DNA of 64,000 nucleotides from an uncultured delta proteobacterium (GTDB taxonomy: Bacteria > Desulfobacterota > Desulfobacteria > Desulfobacterales > JAFDCJ01). Made by a program: the position numbers and the translations under genes. The stretch lies in contig CAVYNY010000010.1 in NCBI GenBank assembly GCA_963769935.1, positions 128,001 through 192,000 of the forward strand. The letters run 5' to 3'. This document shows, one piece after another, positions 60,342-64,000 of the stretch (position 1 is its first letter; each line of letters opens with the position of its first letter). The notes beneath the pieces were generated by a model. That model had not been told where the DNA came from. It searched no databases and saw only the letters and a list, made by a program, of their open reading frames with translations.

Positions 60342-60740
60342 ATGATTAAAGGAATCGGTCATCTGGGTATTGTTGTAAAAAATATTGAAAACAGCTTGAA
60401 TGCCCTGTCACAGATTATCGACTTTGAAAGCCCCGCAATTAAGGAATTTCCGGAAAAGAAAATGCGATGTGCGGTGGTGAAAATGAACGGCATCGCGCTC
60501 GAGTTCCTGCAGGACGACAGCGACGACGGATTTCTGGGAAACTATCGTCGAGCCAGGGGGGATTCTATTCATCATTTTTGTTTGTTGTCCGACAATATGG
60601 AAGATGATGTCGAAGCCCTGAAAAATAAAGGGGTAGAGATGATGGACCCAAAACCCCGCACGGGGCTGCGGGGAAAAAAAATCGCGATGACACTGCCCGG
60701 TGCCTTAAACGGCATCACCATCGAAATCTCGGAACCGTAA
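60342..60740 (+). CDS. VOC family protein (methylmalonyl-CoA epimerase-like)
   Basis: HLGIVV, LEFLQ, IHHFC, PRTG, GITIEI. Confidence 0.85.
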   Translation: MIKGIGHLGIVVKNIENSLNALSQIIDFESPAIKEFPEKKMRCAVVKMNGIALEFLQDDSDDGFLGNYRRARGDSIHHFCLLSDNMEDDVEALKNKGVEMMDPKPRTGLRGKKIAMTLPGALNGITIEISEP

Positions 60741-60783
60741 GCCCCGTAAACATTTTCTCACCGATAAAATTAAGGAGAACATC

Positions 60784-62127
60784 ATGGCCGAGCAACCCCA
60801 AGATCATGTTCTTGGATTTTATTTGAACCGGAAATCCCCGTCAATTACTAAGGCCGAAGGTATCTACCTGTTTGACGACGAGGGCAATCGTTATATCGAC
60901 GCCAGCGGCGGCGCGATTGTCTGCAGCATCGGCCACGGAGTTGAAGAAATTGCCGAGGCAGTTGCGGCGCAGATGAAAAAAGTGGCCTTTGTTTTTCGGC
61001 GCGCTTTCCAGACGCCGGAGCTCGAGGAAGCGGCCGCCAGGGTTTGCGAGACTACCAACGGGGATATGGCTCGGGTGTTCTTTGTTTCCGGCGGGTCCGA
61101 GGCCACCGAAACAGCCGTCAAGCTGGCCCGCAAATATCACATCGACAACGGCCATCCTTCCAAGTTCAGGGTAATCTCCCGCTGGCAGAGCTATCACGGC
61201 GCCACCATGGGGGCCCTGTCCTGGTCGGGTTTCACCTCGCGCCGGGCTGATTTCACACCCTATCTGAAGGACTTTGTCCACCTGCCGGCAACATACTGCT
61301 ATCGCTGCTGGTACGGGAAATCGCCGGATACATGCGGCCAGGAATGCGCTCAGGCGCTGGAAAACGAAATTCTGGCCCTGGGTCCGGAAACGGTCTCCGC
61401 CTATATTGCCGAACCGGTTTCCGGTCATTCGCTGGGAGCCGCCTACCCGCCGGACGCCCACTTTAAACGCATCCGGGAAATCTGCGACCGCTATGATGTT
61501 TTGATGATTCTGGACGAGGTGATGAACGGCGTCGGCCGCACCGGTAAATGGTACGCCTATCAATACCATGGAGTGGTTCCGGACATTATCGCCCTGGCGA
61601 AAGGCTTGAGCGCCGGTTATTATCCGGTGGGCGCAGCCGTCGTCCGAGCCAAAATTCACGACACCATTGCCGGCAAATCCGGTGTCTTCGGATCCGGTCA
61701 TACCTATGGCGGCAACCCGGTGGCCGCGGCGGTGGTCTGCCGGGTAATCGACTATCTTAAAGAACACCGGCTGGTCGAACGCTGCGCCGCAATGGGGGCC
61801 TATTTAGCCGCCAAGCTGGAAACCTTAAAGTCTCATCCCTCGGTGGGCGACATCCGCGGCCGCGGACTTCAGTGGGGCATTGAATTTGTCAGGGATAAAA
61901 AAACCAGGGAAACTCTGGACCCTCAAATTCATTTTTCGCAGCAAATCCAGGACGAGGCGCTGCGGCGCGGTGTGCACATAGAATCCTCTTCCGGCTGCGA
62001 CCGCGGCCAGGCGGGAGACACGATTATTTTCGGCCCCCCTTTTATTATAACCGAAGAACAAATCGACGAGCTGGTTGGAATTATAGAGGAAACATTGTCG
62101 GTGGTTGAGCGGCGTATAGGTTTTTAA
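60784..62127 (+). CDS. Class III PLP-dependent aminotransferase
   Basis: YIDASGG, SGGSEATE, SYHG, DEVMNGVGRTG, AKGL, GHTY. Confidence 0.95.
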   Translation: MAEQPQDHVLGFYLNRKSPSITKAEGIYLFDDEGNRYIDASGGAIVCSIGHGVEEIAEAVAAQMKKVAFVFRRAFQTPELEEAAARVCETTNGDMARVFFVSGGSEATETAVKLARKYHIDNGHPSKFRVISRWQSYHGATMGALSWSGFTSRRADFTPYLKDFVHLPATYCYRCWYGKSPDTCGQECAQALENEILALGPETVSAYIAEPVSGHSLGAAYPPDAHFKRIREICDRYDVLMILDEVMNGVGRTGKWYAYQYHGVVPDIIALAKGLSAGYYPVGAAVVRAKIHDTIAGKSGVFGSGHTYGGNPVAAAVVCRVIDYLKEHRLVERCAAMGAYLAAKLETLKSHPSVGDIRGRGLQWGIEFVRDKKTRETLDPQIHFSQQIQDEALRRGVHIESSSGCDRGQAGDTIIFGPPFIITEEQIDELVGIIEETLSVVERRIGF

Positions 62128-62230
62128 CTGAAACCTTAAATGATATGGGTTTTTATGTATTCTGGGTATACTACCAGAAAGTCTTAAGAAGGGGAAAAGA
62201 GTCAGATCTTTTGAACTTGGAAAATTGATA

Positions 62231-62266
62231 ACCTTGTTCTTTTGAGGCCCTTGTGAAGAACAAGGT
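62231..62266. terminator. Hairpin between convergent genes
   Basis: ACCTTGTTCTT / AAGAACAAGGT 11-bp inverted repeat. Confidence 0.5.
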
Positions 62267-62271
62267 ACAAT

Positions 62272-63525
62272 CTAAAGATGGGTCCTTACATGCGTGATGT
62301 GGGTGTTTATGATTTTGCAGATTTGCTGAATCGTCTTCTCTCCGTTGTATTCCAATATGATGGAGTCTGCGATCCCTAACATATCTGATTCAAGTGCTCC
62401 GGCCATCTCCACTAAAAGCTTTTTTAAATAGGTAAATTTTAGGTCGAGTTGTTCCGCCATCTGTTGCCAGTGGCGTTCCATAATCCATTCAAATCGGGTT
62501 TCTTTCCCGATTTTCATAGCCATTTTTTTCGAAATTTCTGGATAAACCTTTGTTGAAATCAAATCGTAAAATGGCGCTAAACGAATGCTTCCATCTCTTT
62601 CCCGAATCAATGACAGATTTTTGCCATGGGCATCTGCATTGCCGATGAAATAATTAAACATGACCCATTTAACCAGCGCCTGTTTGTCCAAAATTGGTTG
62701 TGAGCTATATTTGTCGAGGATCTTGCAACACTCCGATAGACCGGGGCCCCCTTCGGCTTCATATTTTTGGTCAGGCATACAGCCCATCACCTGGCATAGA
62801 TCTTCCTGATGAAGTCGCTCTATTATTCCATCTCTCACTTTTACCCTGTCATAACGCTCTACGATGTATGCGATATGGTTTTTTCCTTTCCAGATAGAAG
62901 ACTTGGGTACTGTCAAAGATAAAACATCGGCGAGCCTCATACAAAAATGCTCATTTTGAATCACCTCGCCAAAATATGGTGATTGGGGTTTCAGGATATG
63001 AGAGCTTGGGGCAATCCCGAAGGTTAAGAAAAACCTGCCGTTATCAATATATACCGGAAGTTTATTCTGCGCTCCTGCGAGAGAAAGCCGTAGTTCGTCC
63101 TTTAGAATTAATACCGGCCGTATTGCATTCTCCGCGATGATATCTTCTACTTCCTGGTCTGATAAAGCGATGTAATCACTTTTTGTGTTGAGAGACCTGG
63201 ACGCTGGAACAATGGAGACCGCGCCGGCGCATTCCCCTCCGATTGCTTCTAGTAATTTAAAATCATTGTGCTCCGAAATTTGTTTTATTTTGGCGATCAG
63301 TGATCTAATTTCACCTTCCGGTAAAAGATTGCTGAAAAACGGCCTTGGTGTATCATTTATATAAGGCTCTTCCCTCAATGGTAGTGACAATGATAGAGGA
63401 ATTGCATCGCGGTCTTCTATATAACCAGGGTCATATTGGAAAGAAAATCGGCTGGTGTCATCGAGCCATAGCTGTCCTGCGAGAGAATTGTGCAGATATA
63501 CGCTCAATCTTTCCGATACCATCAT
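62272..63525 (-). CDS. hipA: HipA-family kinase toxin
   Basis: FSNLLPEG, SLAGAQNK, HQED, GNADAHGKN, LAPFYD. Confidence 0.95.
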   Translation of the reverse strand: MMVSERLSVYLHNSLAGQLWLDDTSRFSFQYDPGYIEDRDAIPLSLSLPLREEPYINDTPRPFFSNLLPEGEIRSLIAKIKQISEHNDFKLLEAIGGECAGAVSIVPASRSLNTKSDYIALSDQEVEDIIAENAIRPVLILKDELRLSLAGAQNKLPVYIDNGRFFLTFGIAPSSHILKPQSPYFGEVIQNEHFCMRLADVLSLTVPKSSIWKGKNHIAYIVERYDRVKVRDGIIERLHQEDLCQVMGCMPDQKYEAEGGPGLSECCKILDKYSSQPILDKQALVKWVMFNYFIGNADAHGKNLSLIRERDGSIRLAPFYDLISTKVYPEISKKMAMKIGKETRFEWIMERHWQQMAEQLDLKFTYLKKLLVEMAGALESDMLGIADSIILEYNGEKTIQQICKIINTHITHVRTHL

Positions 63526-63770
63526 CTTCTTTCCCGGACGCCGAAAGTGAAGCCGAAGTGTTTTAACACTTTGAGTGTTTTATTAAAATGCATCGTCGGC
63601 TTTCCGTTTTCAAGCTCAGAAATGAATCGCGTTCCGACATTGCACAGCCCGGCGGCATCGCTCTGAGTTAACTTCATTTGTTTGCGCTTTGCGCGCACCA
63701 TGGCTCCGATGGTTTTTAGGTCGGCAATTTCCACCCAAGTATTGCTGTTATTTTGTATTGTTTGTGCCAT
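63522..63770 (-). CDS. hipB: HipB-like XRE antitoxin
   Basis: LTQSDAAGLCNVGTRFISELENGK HTH; overlaps hipA start. Confidence 0.9.
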   Translation of the reverse strand: MAQTIQNNSNTWVEIADLKTIGAMVRAKRKQMKLTQSDAAGLCNVGTRFISELENGKPTMHFNKTLKVLKHFGFTFGVRERR

Positions 63771-63782
63771 TTTAAAATTTTT

Positions 63783-63944
63783 AGCTCGAACGGGAAAAAT
63801 AATAAATATTATTTGAAATTAAAATGCAATTACTCCCTATCGGGATAAATTATTATCAACATTGTGATTTGTTATATTTTATTACTGATCGGGAAAATTC
63901 ATTGAAAGAAAAGGCTGAATGATAAAAATATTACCGATCGGTAA
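63783..63944. promoter_or_regulatory. Four phased palindromic operators upstream of hipB
   Basis: 14-mers related to TTACCGATCGGTAA at 63783, 63833, 63882 and 63931. Confidence 0.7.
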
Positions 63945-64000
63945 TATATTCTATCCCATTGTTAATGTCAATAAATAAAATCCCGGGATCGCTTGTACCA

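Overview
Chromosomal window of roughly 50% GC, probably from a deltaproteobacterium (Desulfobacterales-like; inferred from gene content and repeat style, not from a search). About 60 CDS. Metabolic blocks: glnK-amtB-gltBD behind a sigma54 promoter, lutABC, a branched-chain-type and a NitT/TauT-type ABC transporter, lgt. Signalling genes: MCP with a stand-alone Cache protein, GAF sigma54 activator, GGDEF protein, STAND-type cyclase. Also a metal cluster (ZraP/Spy-like, SHOCT, multicopper oxidase, CDF, MntP) and a hipBA module at the right end. Most notable: (1) a probable selenoprotein missed by the ORF track, a DsbA/Rv2466c-like protein with in-frame UGA in a U-P-W-C motif and a SECIS-like hairpin; (2) an ECF sigma / CBM48-type anti-sigma / CBM48 lipoprotein / Gly-rich exported protein system with a conserved promoter motif (TGTAACCTT-N13-CGTTTAA) in front of the sigma gene and of a secreted Gly/Gln-rich protein; (3) a ClpP-fold lipoprotein behind a sigma54 promoter; (4) a ~97-bp MITE-like family, three full copies, each beside a GC-GNA-GC mini-hairpin; (5) a hisD-like relic, a frameshifted SDR and several readable operator arrays. 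No rRNA, tRNA, CRISPR array or intact transposase was recognised. All family assignments are by eye from motifs; no database searches were run.
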